In this document: one piece after another, positions 22,801-33,317 of the stretch
How the letters are laid out: each line of letters starts with the position of its first letter
Numbering within the stretch: the stretch's first letter is position 1
DNA from: Elsinoe ampelina
Lineage: Eukaryota
Assembly (NCBI GenBank): GCA_010093995.1
Contig: ML992504.1
Span: 496,001-560,000, forward strand
DNA: 64,000 nt
Reading direction: 5' to 3'
Made by a program: the position numbers and the translations under genes
The notes under the pieces: generated by a model
Databases searched by the model: none
Told to the model about the DNA's origin: nothing
The model's input: the letters and a program-made list of their open reading frames with translations, nothing else

Positions 22801-23726
22801 AGGAGACGGCACTTTGGAAGCGCTTTGAGAGTCTTTTGCGCCAAATCTGTTGTAACGACTTCACCGTTCAGCCATAGTGTGCGTAGATCCGGTAGACGAG
22901 TGGCTAACGCTTGATGCCTCGAGAGAACTGCTGCAAGCAGTGTTGGTGTCATGAGAGTCTCTGTGATCTTCTTGGATTGTAACGTGTTGACCAGGATGCC
23001 AGGGTCGTAACTCGTCTCGTCCGGAATGGCAACGACTGTGGCACCACGAAGCAGTGGTCGAAGAATTTCCCAAATGAAGAAGACATTGCAGGCGACTCGG
23101 TCGCCTGGCTTGAGGTCAGAGAGACCAAATCTTGCATTGTAAGAGTATACGGCAGCTTTGTGGACGCAAGCGATACCCTTGGGCCTACCAGTGGTGCCCG
23201 AAGAGTAGCAGACAAAGGCCAGCTTGTCAAGGTCGTGGGGGTCTGTTTCGTCAGATGCTACATTAGCATGACCATTTGAGTCACCGTTCGAGTGCCCATT
23301 TGCATGACCATTCGATCCGGATTGCTCTTCGTCCAGAATAATCAAGGGGGAATTTCCTCGGATCCTGCCGACTTCGGACCTGGTAGTGAGAATTACTGCT
23401 GGATTCGCATCCTCGATCACCTCATTCAAGAGTTCTGTAGGATATGCGTTCTCGAGAACCAGAAAGGCACCGCCCGCCCTGAGGGCTGCCAGACAGGCAA
23501 TGACATAGTCGGCACTGCGTCCCAGCAAGACGCCGACCAAGCTGTCTCGTTCCACTCCATAGCGGCCAATGTTTCGTGTGAGAGATTCGACCTTGTCGTC
23601 GAGCTGTGTATAGGTGTAGGTGTGGTTCTCATCCTCGAGTGCGACCAGATCTGGTGTCTCCTTGACTTGTTTCTTGAATAGAGCAGACAGGTCCAGCCTG
23701 GTGTCGATGATTTGAGGTCGGGACAT
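19818..23726 (-). CDS. ATRR: NRPS-like A-T-R1-R2 enzyme (glycine betaine reductase ATRR / NPS10 type)
   Basis: A domain YSSGTTGRPKG and YRTGDL; T domain FFDLGGHSL; R1 TGATGFLG and YGQTK; C-terminal SDR TGASSGIG and YSGSK; intronless; ATG 23726. Confidence 0.9.
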   Translation of the reverse strand: MSRPQIIDTRLDLSALFKKQVKETPDLVALEDENHTYTYTQLDDKVESLTRNIGRYGVERDSLVGVLLGRSADYVIACLAALRAGGAFLVLENAYPTELLNEVIEDANPAVILTTRSEVGRIRGNSPLIILDEEQSGSNGHANGHSNGDSNGHANVASDETDPHDLDKLAFVCYSSGTTGRPKGIACVHKAAVYSYNARFGLSDLKPGDRVACNVFFIWEILRPLLRGATVVAIPDETSYDPGILVNTLQSKKITETLMTPTLLAAVLSRHQALATRLPDLRTLWLNGEVVTTDLAQKTLKALPKCRLLNVYSACETHEVAAGVVSEMISDDAQVCPVGPLLDPKRTYILDDSGQRVENGNAGELFVGGHQLARGYLNLPETTAKAFIPDPFDPAHGAYMYRTGDLARITSKGLLEITGRVGAMIKLRGYSIVPAKVQKAIVQNLAVRDCVVTSHGEGLNRQLVAYIADEKDSSEERPSVKIDDGARSPAARRVLSQALAQYMIPTLWVRLDKIPTHAVSGKIDMKALPEPGSTDSKPVSPVRATAKKDENDPISLDAVAEIWAATLSTPRSAITPEHNFFDLGGHSLLLSDLASRFSKNFGFRVPVARLADPPTLNGHLHTVRAVRDGHTAAVQADLPNIMRADSVLDKDIVPAPGTKLIPANKADTILLTGATGFLGPFILNDLLESTSAKIICLVRFSDPTQADIPAGIARLRRNLLDFGLWSDSIMERIEILPGNLSRKRFGIPPEPFEQLAKRVQVIVHAAATVNLVYPYAALRNANVGGTREILRLAAIGGATVQYVSTNGVLPPSQEGWPETKILEVDEVASAIPDGYGQTKCVAEYLAREAVQRGLPVRILRAGTISGHSASGASNAYDLLTSLIVESTQLGHYPDVPNWRTEMTPVDFVSKSIVHLANITEDKSSPKDQLIFHLGDPQPVTAVSVFEHLNELGFPTTPLPFEEWVSLWTSQRGAVKGGDGAFTIDVLRSGMPSIEFLRDITVLGNPATRPLRAVVERPKVDAVLLETYTRHWFARGWVNRAPSSHNAKGGTARHGIRGPLTGKVAVVTGASSGIGAAVASALAREGAHVALAARRLDTLEALKRRIVVREGKIICVKTDVTKRADVENLIAQTEKDLGKVDILVSCAGVMYFTMMQNVHVEDWERTVDVNCKGLLNCLSSTVPGMLERGKGHIVAISSDAGRKCFPGLAVYSGSKAFVEFTLQGLRLETASSGLRVTTIQPGNTESELLGLSSDAEALKKYGEPTGAKVLDPEDVAGSIVYALKQPEHVSVNEVLIEPREEPI

Positions 23727-24525
23727 GTTTACCTGAAACGGGCTAAAGCAGGCTGCAAATCCGGTGTCGATCCCGAAGAGTTGCAAAGTGTTTCTCGTGG
23801 TGATATCTCGACAGGAACAACCTCAATTTCTCCACATTTCAAGGGGTGAAGTGAAGGAGAGTAGCGCTATGCGGAGTTTGATTGTGATAGCTCCGGCAAT
23901 TCGGTCGAGAAAGTCAAGTCGCTATCAGATGTGAATGCAACTTTTTTGTTGAGTGGGAGAGTGTAATTGAGAAAGCTCGGACCAAATGACGATTTGGGTG
24001 ATCAGGAAGTGAGAAGAGCTCGGGATGGCGCAATCAACGGCGTGGGCGTGCGTGGGAAACAGGACGGCGTGATGGAAGTGGAAGGGAAATTTCAAGCTCG
24101 ACGTCAAATGTGAGGCCCCTCTTTGTGCTACTTCCCAAAGTACCTTGTTGAGTTGTGTAGCATGCGCAATACTCCTCACTTTCATCTGCACAGCTTGCAA
24201 TAACTGGTCAGATAGATACAATTGATTGTCATCTTTTACTAGATGATAGATATGTACATAGTCATGCGGAGCGAGGGTATCAATATGGGTGAGATGCGCA
24301 TGCTCTTTCTCATCCTTTCAGCAACGCCCACGCCTGGATCGCTTGCAAAGGGTATATCTCCTTGCCAACATGGCAGCAAATCAATTCCAAATGGTCTCGC
24401 CTTTTTGTCATGAGGCATCAGACTGCCACTGATGGTGCCAGCTGGAGTGTTATTGAGGTACAGTTATGAAAGACTTTTCGTCATGAATCGTAGCGAGTGT
24501 AAGAAGACTCCGGGTCTCTTGTCGC

Positions 24526-25811
24526 TCAGCATCCGGCGGCATTGCGGGTGGTGACAGGATTAGGGAAGATGCCATTCCTAAGGAGGGCTTGCATGTCCCA
24601 CTCTGGACTGCTCTCGGTCTTCCAGGTCCAGAAGATCCAACCGGTCCTCTTCTCATACGCATCGAGTTGAGCGTTAATGAATCCGCGAATGTTGCTCTTA
24701 TCTGCGTCGGATAGAGCCTGTACAGTACCCTCGCGCTTGCCGTCGCAGCTACCAATGTAGGAGCTAGTCTCGGAGCCACGAGTGAATGTGCCGTCATACC
24801 TAGCACCGAGGCCACGACCGTTCAGATGCTTTGTGCAGTCGGTGAGAGCACCAGTCCACTCGCCCGAGATGGTCCACAGATTATTCTGTGCCATCTGGTC
24901 GCCAAAGCCACAGGCGGCTTGGTTGTGACCTTCTGGACTAAGACGAAGCTGGTCGTTGTTGAAGATTTCGTAATGATGAGTATCGACGAGTAGACCATCC
25001 ATGCCAGCACCGAAACCATTCCAGGCGTTGACACCGAGGAAGGCATCATGGAATGCGGTCACAACAGGAGAATCGCGGAAGTCACCCCAAGTGTCGCGGT
25101 AGAGCTGTTCAACCTTGTCGCTCCCAATGATGGCGCCCTGTGGCTCGTTGACAACCTGAATTGAAGAGACAGCTGGGTGATTGGCGAGGTCGTCTCGTAG
25201 CTTCTGGAGAACAGCCCGAGTCTCGTCGATAGAAGTACCTTGTCCGAAACGAACGTCGCCACGCTGGCCTGAGTTATCAAACCCATTCTGGGAGCCGTGT
25301 GCACCGTGGAGGTCGACCATGACTTTGAGACGGCGGTCCTCAGCCCAGTCCAAGATGCGACCAAGGTATGGGTATGCTCCATCGACGTATGGATCACCTT
25401 GCCTGGGAATAATAGACCAGTAGCCGATAGGTACTCGGATGTGGTTCATGCCGGCGTCTCTGATCTCGTCGAGGTCTTCTGGTCGCTGCAAAGTAGGTCA
25501 GACGAACTTCTTTGCGACAATAAACATGATGGACTTACAATGAAGTTCTCCCAGTGAGGAGTCAGACGTCGGAGGTACTCATCCCTTCCGAGATTCTGAG
25601 CCAGAGTGTATTCATCCACTACCCAGTCGGGTTCGCTGTCGAAGAACGATGGGGTGATCCATGGCTCGAGCAAAAGCCAACCACCCAGGTTTACACCGCG
25701 TACCTTCTCGTCAAAGTTGAACTTGAATTGACGCTGGCGTTTGTAGAGCGGGTTACCGGTGACCAGACCGGTGAGGGCAGTGAGCCCAAGAAAGAGGTTC
25801 TTGGTAAGCAT
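24526..25811 (-). CDS. EXG1: Secreted GH5 exo-beta-1,3-glucanase (glucan 1,3-beta-glucosidase), 2 exons
   Basis: Signal peptide; VRGVNLGGWLLLEPWITPS; intron 25538-25486; RIPIGYW-like motif, SQNGFDNSG, NEP acid/base, GEW nucleophile, GWIFWTWKTE. Confidence 0.92.
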
Positions 25812-27431
25812 GGTTGCGATAGGTGGTGAGGATGAACTGATTGAGGATAGGGAAGAAGATGGTGTAGCTTATAAGACAAAGAGGCTCGCGTCCATGCGCA
25901 GAGCAATTGTGTGGTAGAGATGCGGGAGTAAGAATAATTTGAGAGGTTCAAGGTGCCGAGCTTTGCTGCGGCAGGTGCGTGTTGTTGGTGGTTTCCCTGA
26001 ATAGACAGCGTTTCAGAGTGGGCTGAAGTCGCCCTTTAGTACTCACCTCGACACTTGAAGCCGGCACAAGGAGAAGTGGGCATGTGGATGCGCGCATCAC
26101 TTCTGCGTTACATCTCGTGGCTATCCAGGACTGGTCTGTCTCCCAGACGACTTCTGAACGGCGCTGGATCGACAGCGCGAATGTGACCTCTGAGGTCTTG
26201 AACAGGCAAAAGCGCGGCCATTCAGCGCCGAGGTCGAATCTGACACGCGAATCATTGCCTGCTCGAGCCGCACAGGTCCAGGCAGGGTTCGCAGAAGCAT
26301 CAGCATGGTGACGGCAAGTGTCAGGAGTTCAGCTCAGGCACAAATGGTGATTGGCAAATGGCAGCGGGTCGGTGGAGGCGTCCGGCGAAGAAAGAAAGCG
26401 GGCTGAAGGAGCCTTGTCGATCATTATTCCACTTGGCTCGGGCGGAATGTTCCCCTTCCAAGGTCAGAAAGGCATCTGACGAGATGCTGGAGTAACTCAG
26501 TGTCGCCTGACCGCCCTATTCTTCTGTTCAGCTGTGGCGGAATGGCTTGCTTTGCCTGCAAGGGGTCAGAGGGGTGCCCATCTGGCGTCCTTTCTCCTCA
26601 CACCAAAGTGCGCCCCCTCGTCACTGGGTGTAGACCCCGCATGGACAGCGAGCTTCCAGAATGCTTCACCCGGCGCCAACTCCATGGGAATAGCACCGAC
26701 GTGAGTTGCGCCGGACGCCACGTCCTGTTGCGCAATTTGGACGTGTATTTTGGGTGCTGTGAAGCCTTGTGACTCTATACCAACAACCACAGACCCGGTG
26801 CATTGACATGGATGCTTTGTGCAACAGCAGCCTCGTATGGTCAAGCACTTTCCTGCTCTCACCGACTCGACTTTAGAGCATCTTCTCACCGAGTACAGTG
26901 CTCACTCTGATGCGACGACAGCGACCGGCACGTAGTGCCACTTTTGCATTGTTTCTCCATCAAATTGTGGTAGATTCCCGAGCCCGTTTGGTCTTGAAGA
27001 TCCACCGTCTCTCCACGAAAATCCATTGCAGATCTGATCTCACCCGCCTTTTCGCTTGGATTTCGTCAGTAACTTGGTCATGAGGCCCGATGATCACGGC
27101 CGTTGCCCCACGCCAACCACAGACTGGCATGGGGAAGGAAGTTGTTTCTTTTCACACCAGCGCAGATCTTTTTTGCATTTTGGCTGAACAGCTCAAACCA
27201 TGTGAAGCCCTATTCGTGAGCACCGAGTGTGCCAAAGCCGAAGAGAGCCGCTCGTCCGCAACGCTTCTTTGAGTTTGCCCCCTCCTTGTGGCGCTTGTGG
27301 CTGACATTTTCGCCACACCTTCTCCACGGCCAAGTCACGTTTCTCGCTCCACCTTCGTGTCATCCTCAACGCGTCGCGCATCAGCAACATCGAACAGCAA
27401 TATTCCAGAGCATCAATGATTATGCCGGATA

Positions 27432-28448
27432 ATGCCCGTGGAGCCATCGAATCGCCCACAGACCGCTAAACAAGCCAAAGCAGCCTTCAAGACACGCGGC
27501 GCGAGTTATGTTTCCGAGGCCGAGAAGAAGCGATTAGAGCGTGGCGCTGAGCTGCTGCGCCGGGCTAACAGGATCAAGGCGCAGGAAGCGAAGAAGAAGG
27601 AATGGCAGGATAAGCAGGCAAAGGATGCCTCGAAGCAGAACGAGGTCAATCTCAGCAGTCAGAGGCGCCTCGACAAGTTTGGATATGCGAGCAGTCAATT
27701 CCACCTCGGCAAATTCTTCAAATCGGCGCCAAACGCAATAGACAACGTTACCAAGAACGATGGTCGGGAGCAAACAGAGGAGTCCGACGACACTGACCCA
27801 GAAGATGAGACGCCAACAAGTCCAATAGACATGGACATGTTCCTCGACAGCAGCACGCAGATAGCCAAGGATCTCTCAGTGGACGACTATCAGCCTCTCC
27901 CAGCACCGCCGCCTGCACTCTCCCCGGTCAAGAAGGAGCTAAACTTTCCTTCTTTCAGCTCAGACTTTGACGACGACACGATTGCCGAATTGGATGGTGT
28001 GGTAGAAGAGCTTAGAAGGTCTTCTCAGTCGCCAGTCAAATCACAGTCACCAGCTGCGGTTGAACGTTGCAAGGAGCCAATAGATTCTATCTCGCAGCAC
28101 GGAAAAAACACGAGTCTGCTTCCACCAGGGAAAACAGCCAAGGCATCTCCAGCAGCTGGTCTCCCCAAGAACGCCACGCCACGAGCCATGCTCCCACCAC
28201 CACGACCCGCTCTCGCTCCAAAGCCAAAGAATGACACCTTCACTCCTCCAGCTCAGAAGACATCCTTCCAAAAGCCTATGCTCCCACCTCCAAAACCGAT
28301 CATACCAGCAAAACGCCCCGCTGCTCCAGCACTTATCTCAAGGCCACGAGCACCAGCATCCGACCTTAGTAGATTCGGCATCAGCCACGCCGACTTGGAG
28401 AGCTTAGCGGCAGACGATATCATCCTCAGCCAGATGCCACCACGATAG
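27432..28448 (+). CDS. Hypothetical low-complexity protein, 338 aa (basic coiled-coil N-terminus, Pro-rich C-terminus)
   Basis: Single 338-codon ATG-initiated ORF with protein-like composition; no family recognised. Confidence 0.7.
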   Translation: MPVEPSNRPQTAKQAKAAFKTRGASYVSEAEKKRLERGAELLRRANRIKAQEAKKKEWQDKQAKDASKQNEVNLSSQRRLDKFGYASSQFHLGKFFKSAPNAIDNVTKNDGREQTEESDDTDPEDETPTSPIDMDMFLDSSTQIAKDLSVDDYQPLPAPPPALSPVKKELNFPSFSSDFDDDTIAELDGVVEELRRSSQSPVKSQSPAAVERCKEPIDSISQHGKNTSLLPPGKTAKASPAAGLPKNATPRAMLPPPRPALAPKPKNDTFTPPAQKTSFQKPMLPPPKPIIPAKRPAAPALISRPRAPASDLSRFGISHADLESLAADDIILSQMPPR

Positions 28449-28705
28449 AACATGCTTCGACGATACCCAGGATGGTGATCCAAACACGAGTATTGGATCG
28501 ATTCACAACGATGGCGGTGGCACATTGAGTGCTTTCTTTTCATAAAGTGTATAATTAATGACACAAGACAGGGTATCAAACCAGTCACTTCCCAACGCCT
28601 CTCTTCTGACCATTCATCCTTTCTCTCCCTCTCAATCCACCCTGTATCATCCCCACCATGCTCCCTCCACCCCACCTCCTCTCCCTCTTTCCTCGAAAAG
28701 AGCCA

Positions 28706-30964
28706 TCACCCCCTCATCTCCCCCCTCCCCCCCGCATTCCTCTCCCTCTTCTTCCTCTCCCTCTCCCCCTTCCCCGTCTCCCTCTCCCTCGCCACCTCCT
28801 CCTCCACCTTCCTCCTCACCCTCTCCATATCCGCCACCCCCGGCAACCGCTCCATATTCGTACTCGGCGCCGCCTCCACCACCCTCAGTTCCTCGAAACA
28901 CCACTGCACGATATCATCCAGCCCTTTTCTCGTGCAATCATTCGGGTGAAACCCCTTGAGCTCAGGGTAGAGTTTCCCGTCGCCGTGTTGCCGCCCTTCG
29001 AAGGCCTGGGGCCGGGGGACGATGTGCATCGGTAGTTGATTTGGCAGTTCGGCCCCGACGGCCAGCGCGGTCTCGTGGCACCATGCTCTCGCCACGTTGC
29101 GGGCCGTGTAGCCCCCTCCGCCCAGCACGAGAAGGGGGACGCCGTACGATTTCACAAAGGAAAGGCAGTCGCCGTGCGCTTTGATGTTGAGGTTGAACTG
29201 GCCCAGTCTGTCGCCGCCGAGGGAGTCGGCGCCGCATTGCAGCACGATGGCGGCCGGGCGGAAGCACTCGAGGGTGCGGCCTATGATGCGCCGGAAGAGG
29301 GAGTTGTAGTCGTCATCGTTGATGCCCGAGGGGATGGGGACGTTGAGGGCGAAGCCGCGGCCGGCGTTGGTGGGGTTGCCGTTGTCGGTGAGGCCGCCGG
29401 AGCCTGGGAAAAAGTAGTTTCCTGTTTCCGCGACTATGCCGTGGCGGTGGAGGGAGACGGTCATGACGCGGTCGGACGAGTTGAAGGCTTCTTCGACGCC
29501 GTCGCCGTGGTGGACGTCGATGTCGATGTAGAGGACGCGGGAGAAGTGTTTGAGGAGTTCGAGGATGGCGAGGACAATGTCGTTGATGTAGCAGAAGCCA
29601 GAAGCTTCGGATTTGTGGGCGTGGTGGAGGCCGCCCGACCAGTTGATTGCGATATCAGATTGGCCGTTGATGAGGCGGGAGGCTGCTTCCATGGTCGCGC
29701 CAGTGTAGAGGAAGAGGTACTCGGACATGCCGTCGAAGACGGGACAGTCGGCGCCATGACTAATGGAGAGGTTGAAGGGACCGAGTCTAACGATGTCTTC
29801 GGAACTTCCGTGTGGGATGCGGTCGGCATATACTTGTCCGAGTTGCTCGAATGTCTGGGGTGAGATTTTGGAGAGGAACTCTACATAATCTGGGTCATGG
29901 AAAGCGGCGACAGTCTCTTTGGAGGCAGGTAATGCTTCGTAGTTGTCCATTGCGTACTGCAGACCATAGCCCATGACGAGATGTTTGGTCAGGGTGAGAC
30001 GCCATGGCTTCATGGGATGCGTACGCCCAAAGTGCATGTTCTCTACCTTTCGGTTGTAGTGGAAGGAGACATTGTAGCCTTTCGGTCGCTCAATTCCGTT
30101 AGCTTCTACCTGCTCCTGAATGAGTCCGGACAGCTCTTGTTGTCTCCTATCTGCCTCGTCTTCGGCGGTAAGGGGAGGCGTATGAAGCGCTGTGTTGCTA
30201 CGAGTCAGAGGGCTATTCCCATTTCGAGGTGTGGTAGTTGGCTCCCATTGCTGGACTATGCCGTTCCTCACGCCCTGACGGGCGGGTGTACTGTTGTTGG
30301 AGGCTCGAGACATGGTTATGGTAGTCCTCCGCCTCACAGTCCTTGTGATAGCAGCGGAGCCGTAGTCGGACGCACCACTATTGCCACCTGGCGAGCTTAC
30401 GCCCTCACTGTAATCGTCCTCGCCGGTCAAATAGTGTTCGGCGCCTGGCAGATGGTCTCGAGATTCGTCGTGGGAAGAGAGGTCGCTGCTATTTACTCCC
30501 TCTATATCGTAATGATAATCTTGTCCGATTGCAAGAGTCTTCTCCGGAAGGTCTCGATGGTCCTCACGAGTATCCTGGAAATGCTCGGCTTCCTGGTATT
30601 CAGCCTCGGAATCGTCCTGGTAGCCGGTCGCTTCTCTCTCGTCTTCGTTTGCTTGCGTATGCTGAGCGATATTCAGATATCGCCGGTCCTCTTCGTCTAG
30701 GACCTGCAAGCTCACACCAGATAGAGCAGTGGGGGTTTCCTCAAGTGGTTGGTTTGCGACACGGTCTTCGCGGGCATTTCGAGTCGCTAAAGATACATAA
30801 CTACTCTGACAAAGCGGAATACTATCCTCGGACGAAGGAGAAGATTCAGACTCGTCAGACTCTACTACAAATATCAGAACAAATAATTGGCCAAGTTATG
30901 CGAGGGAGAAGTGATACTCACCGATGACCCTTTTCCTGCGACGATTGGTTGAACGCGCCTTCAT
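28706..30964 (-). CDS. HOS2: Class I histone deacetylase, Hos2 type, with long acidic N-terminal extension
   Basis: HFGRTHPMKPWRL, DCPVFDG, NWSGGLHHA, SGFCYIND, YIDIDVHHGDGVE, QCGADSL..D, GGGGYT. Exon 1 30964-30922 (MKARSTNRRRKRVI) plus intron 30921-30865 splices in frame; alternative start at 30313. Confidence 0.9.
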
Positions 30965-31295
30965 TGTGACTTTAGAGTTTGCGTAGGGCTGCTTAGTCAG
31001 TGGTGCTTACCTGGGCTGCTTCGTTCTTTGTGTCGACGACGGACGCTTTCTTCTTCGCAAACCGCTATTGTATCGACCAAGTTTCGCAGACTGAATTTTT
31101 CGGTGGACGTCGATTGCGAAATACCACAAGGAGACTTACATGCCGCGCATGTGAACATGGCCTAGCACAGGGCCCGCCACTCGCCATGCACTGAACTTTC
31201 ACATGATCGTGCCAAGTCCTTTCCGCCTTCCACCTTCGACCAGGACTTCACACGAACGACAGCAGCACATTCTCGTGTGATATCGGAACTTCAAT

Positions 31296-32633
31296 ATGGC
31301 CACTATAGACGACGCTGCGACAGTCCTGGAGCAGTTTACACACGATGGTATGTTAGGCTTGCCACTTGCGCACACGGTATGTACTAACGATTGCGCAGTC
31401 GCAAATCTGCCCGCAGAAATCGCCCATCTGCTGGAAGAGATCAAAGCCAAAGACGAGATTATCATGCAGTGCAAAGATCACATCACAAGTCGCGACGCCG
31501 CACTTCAGAGACATGTGAAACAAAACGGCAGTCACGTGAAGCACCCTAAGGAGGAAATCTTCACGAAAGCCATTACCGACAGCTTCGACCGCATGGAAGC
31601 GTTGCAGAAGGAGAAAATAGCGCTCAGTGAAAAGGCTATGGTAGTACTGGAACGACAGATCAAGCGATTCGACGTCAAGCTCCGAGACTTGCAAGCTACA
31701 GATCAATTCCCCCGCGATCCCAGCTTGCCCTCTCTTCTACATCCCTCCGCAGGCAACGCTGTTCCACCACTCTCGGGAGTCAGCACTCCTCTTCAGTCCA
31801 TGTCAGTCAACTCCGCGCAAGGAGGCACCAATGTAGCGAATGCTGCTATTGCTCGGCTTGCAGGTACAGCTAGGACGGCATCTGGGACAGCCTCGCCCAA
31901 TCCGTTACTGGTTCAGTCACATCTCAACGTCCCTGCTGCTGGAAGATCTCCAAGAGAGACGAGCGCCGATGCTTCTAAGCGTCGTCGCCTGAATGCAAGT
32001 CTCGGCTCACTCCCGACTGCCTCATCAAATTTGAGACAGACATCTACCGGACCCGCAGCTACTCCAAAACCTGGTACTCCAGGTCCTACATCACGTGCTG
32101 GATCTGCTCAGCCCTCGAAACCAGCTCAAGCACGAAAGGCACCTGGTCAGAAGAAGGGTAGTCTACCAAGTACATCTGCGACATCTGCAGCAGGAAGAAA
32201 GCGACTAAGGACATCAATCATGCCATCAAAGAAGGGCGATCGTCGTAGGCAGCTAGCCGGAAGGTCGGGACGAGGATCGCCATCTGCATCGCCAACACCT
32301 TCAGACAGTCATGCTTCGGTATCTCCCACACCATCGGCACAGCCATCAGAGGCAGGGACCAAGGCTCGTGGTGCGGTGAAGCAGAAAGTGGAACCAACTT
32401 CCGACGATGAAGACGTCACTCAGGTCGAAGCTGGGGAAGAAGATGACACAGAAGTCTACTGCAGTTGTCAAAGGACCAGTTTCGGTGACATGATTGGTTG
32501 TGACAATCTGGACTGCAAGTACCAATGGTTCCACTGGAGCTGCGTCGGACTAAAAGAGACACCGGAAGGCGAGTGGCTTTGTCCATTCTGCAAGAAGCTA
32601 CCAAAGGACAAAATCAGAAAAGAAGAAGACTAG
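31296..32633 (+). CDS. YNG2: ING-family PHD-finger chromatin protein (Yng2-like), 2 exons
   Basis: ING N-terminus LEQFTHDVANLPAEI after a 51-nt intron 31348-31398 (GTATGT..TACTAAC..CAG); C-terminal PHD YCSCQRTSFGDMIGCDNLDCKYQWFHWSCVGL..WLCPFC. Confidence 0.88.
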   Translation: MATIDDAATVLEQFTHDGMLGLPLAHTVCTNDCAVANLPAEIAHLLEEIKAKDEIIMQCKDHITSRDAALQRHVKQNGSHVKHPKEEIFTKAITDSFDRMEALQKEKIALSEKAMVVLERQIKRFDVKLRDLQATDQFPRDPSLPSLLHPSAGNAVPPLSGVSTPLQSMSVNSAQGGTNVANAAIARLAGTARTASGTASPNPLLVQSHLNVPAAGRSPRETSADASKRRRLNASLGSLPTASSNLRQTSTGPAATPKPGTPGPTSRAGSAQPSKPAQARKAPGQKKGSLPSTSATSAAGRKRLRTSIMPSKKGDRRRQLAGRSGRGSPSASPTPSDSHASVSPTPSAQPSEAGTKARGAVKQKVEPTSDDEDVTQVEAGEEDDTEVYCSCQRTSFGDMIGCDNLDCKYQWFHWSCVGLKETPEGEWLCPFCKKLPKDKIRKEED

Positions 32634-33317
32634 GAGTCGGACGGCGAGCCGAGATGTTCGCGAAGGTCGACGTCCAAATCAAGTGCGCTCACAGAAGTGT
32701 CGGACGAGACACTTGAGAGGAGCAGATTCGGAAGGCTTCTTCGACCAAAGCGCCTCGATTGATGGGTATGGAGTTTATAAGGATGGATGATACCACTTTC
32801 ACTATATTGGGCTGGATGGAACGGCCACTGTGTATTGGATAGCGAGGCAGACTAGACCTAATGATCTCCTCTATTGATGACACTATAAAATCTCCTGCTC
32901 ATCCTAAGATCGCGGTGAACATGCATTGATGCCTCAGCTCGGGCTGCGCCGTCTGTGGCTGAAGCTCTCAACTCCGTCCCGCCGCAGCACTCTCGCTCCC
33001 GCTGTGCGCGACCAATCACTGCTGCTCACTGTAATATAGTGCCATCACAGCTAAGTCGGGATCTATACTCTCAGTCTCTGCCTGAAAGTGCAACTCACAG
33101 ACCAACCCAGTCATACCTGACTCTAGCCATCCGAGACACATCGGTACCTCACTTGACCACCGCTCCATCAGGCAGCCACCGCCTCTGAAGTGGGCTATAT
33201 AACCCCGCTCATCCCTTTACCACCGTCTACTCACACATGAGCACAAGCCCCACTCACCTTTCCAGCTTGTCCGACTCTTTGACCACCCCCACCACATCCC
33301 TCTCCAAGACGTAGTAT

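Noticed and set aside
13753..25811. Possible secondary-metabolite cluster (FAD monooxygenase, 2OG-like gene, NRPS-like gene)
   Set aside because: ATRR is a conserved stand-alone enzyme, the 2OG-like copy lacks catalytic residues, and no transporter or cluster regulator is present.
25812..27431. 1.6-kb intergenic region as a possible hidden gene or ncRNA (similarly 12110-13750)
   Set aside because: Only short ORFs; no tRNA boxes, repeats or terminal inverted repeats seen; consistent with divergent promoters.
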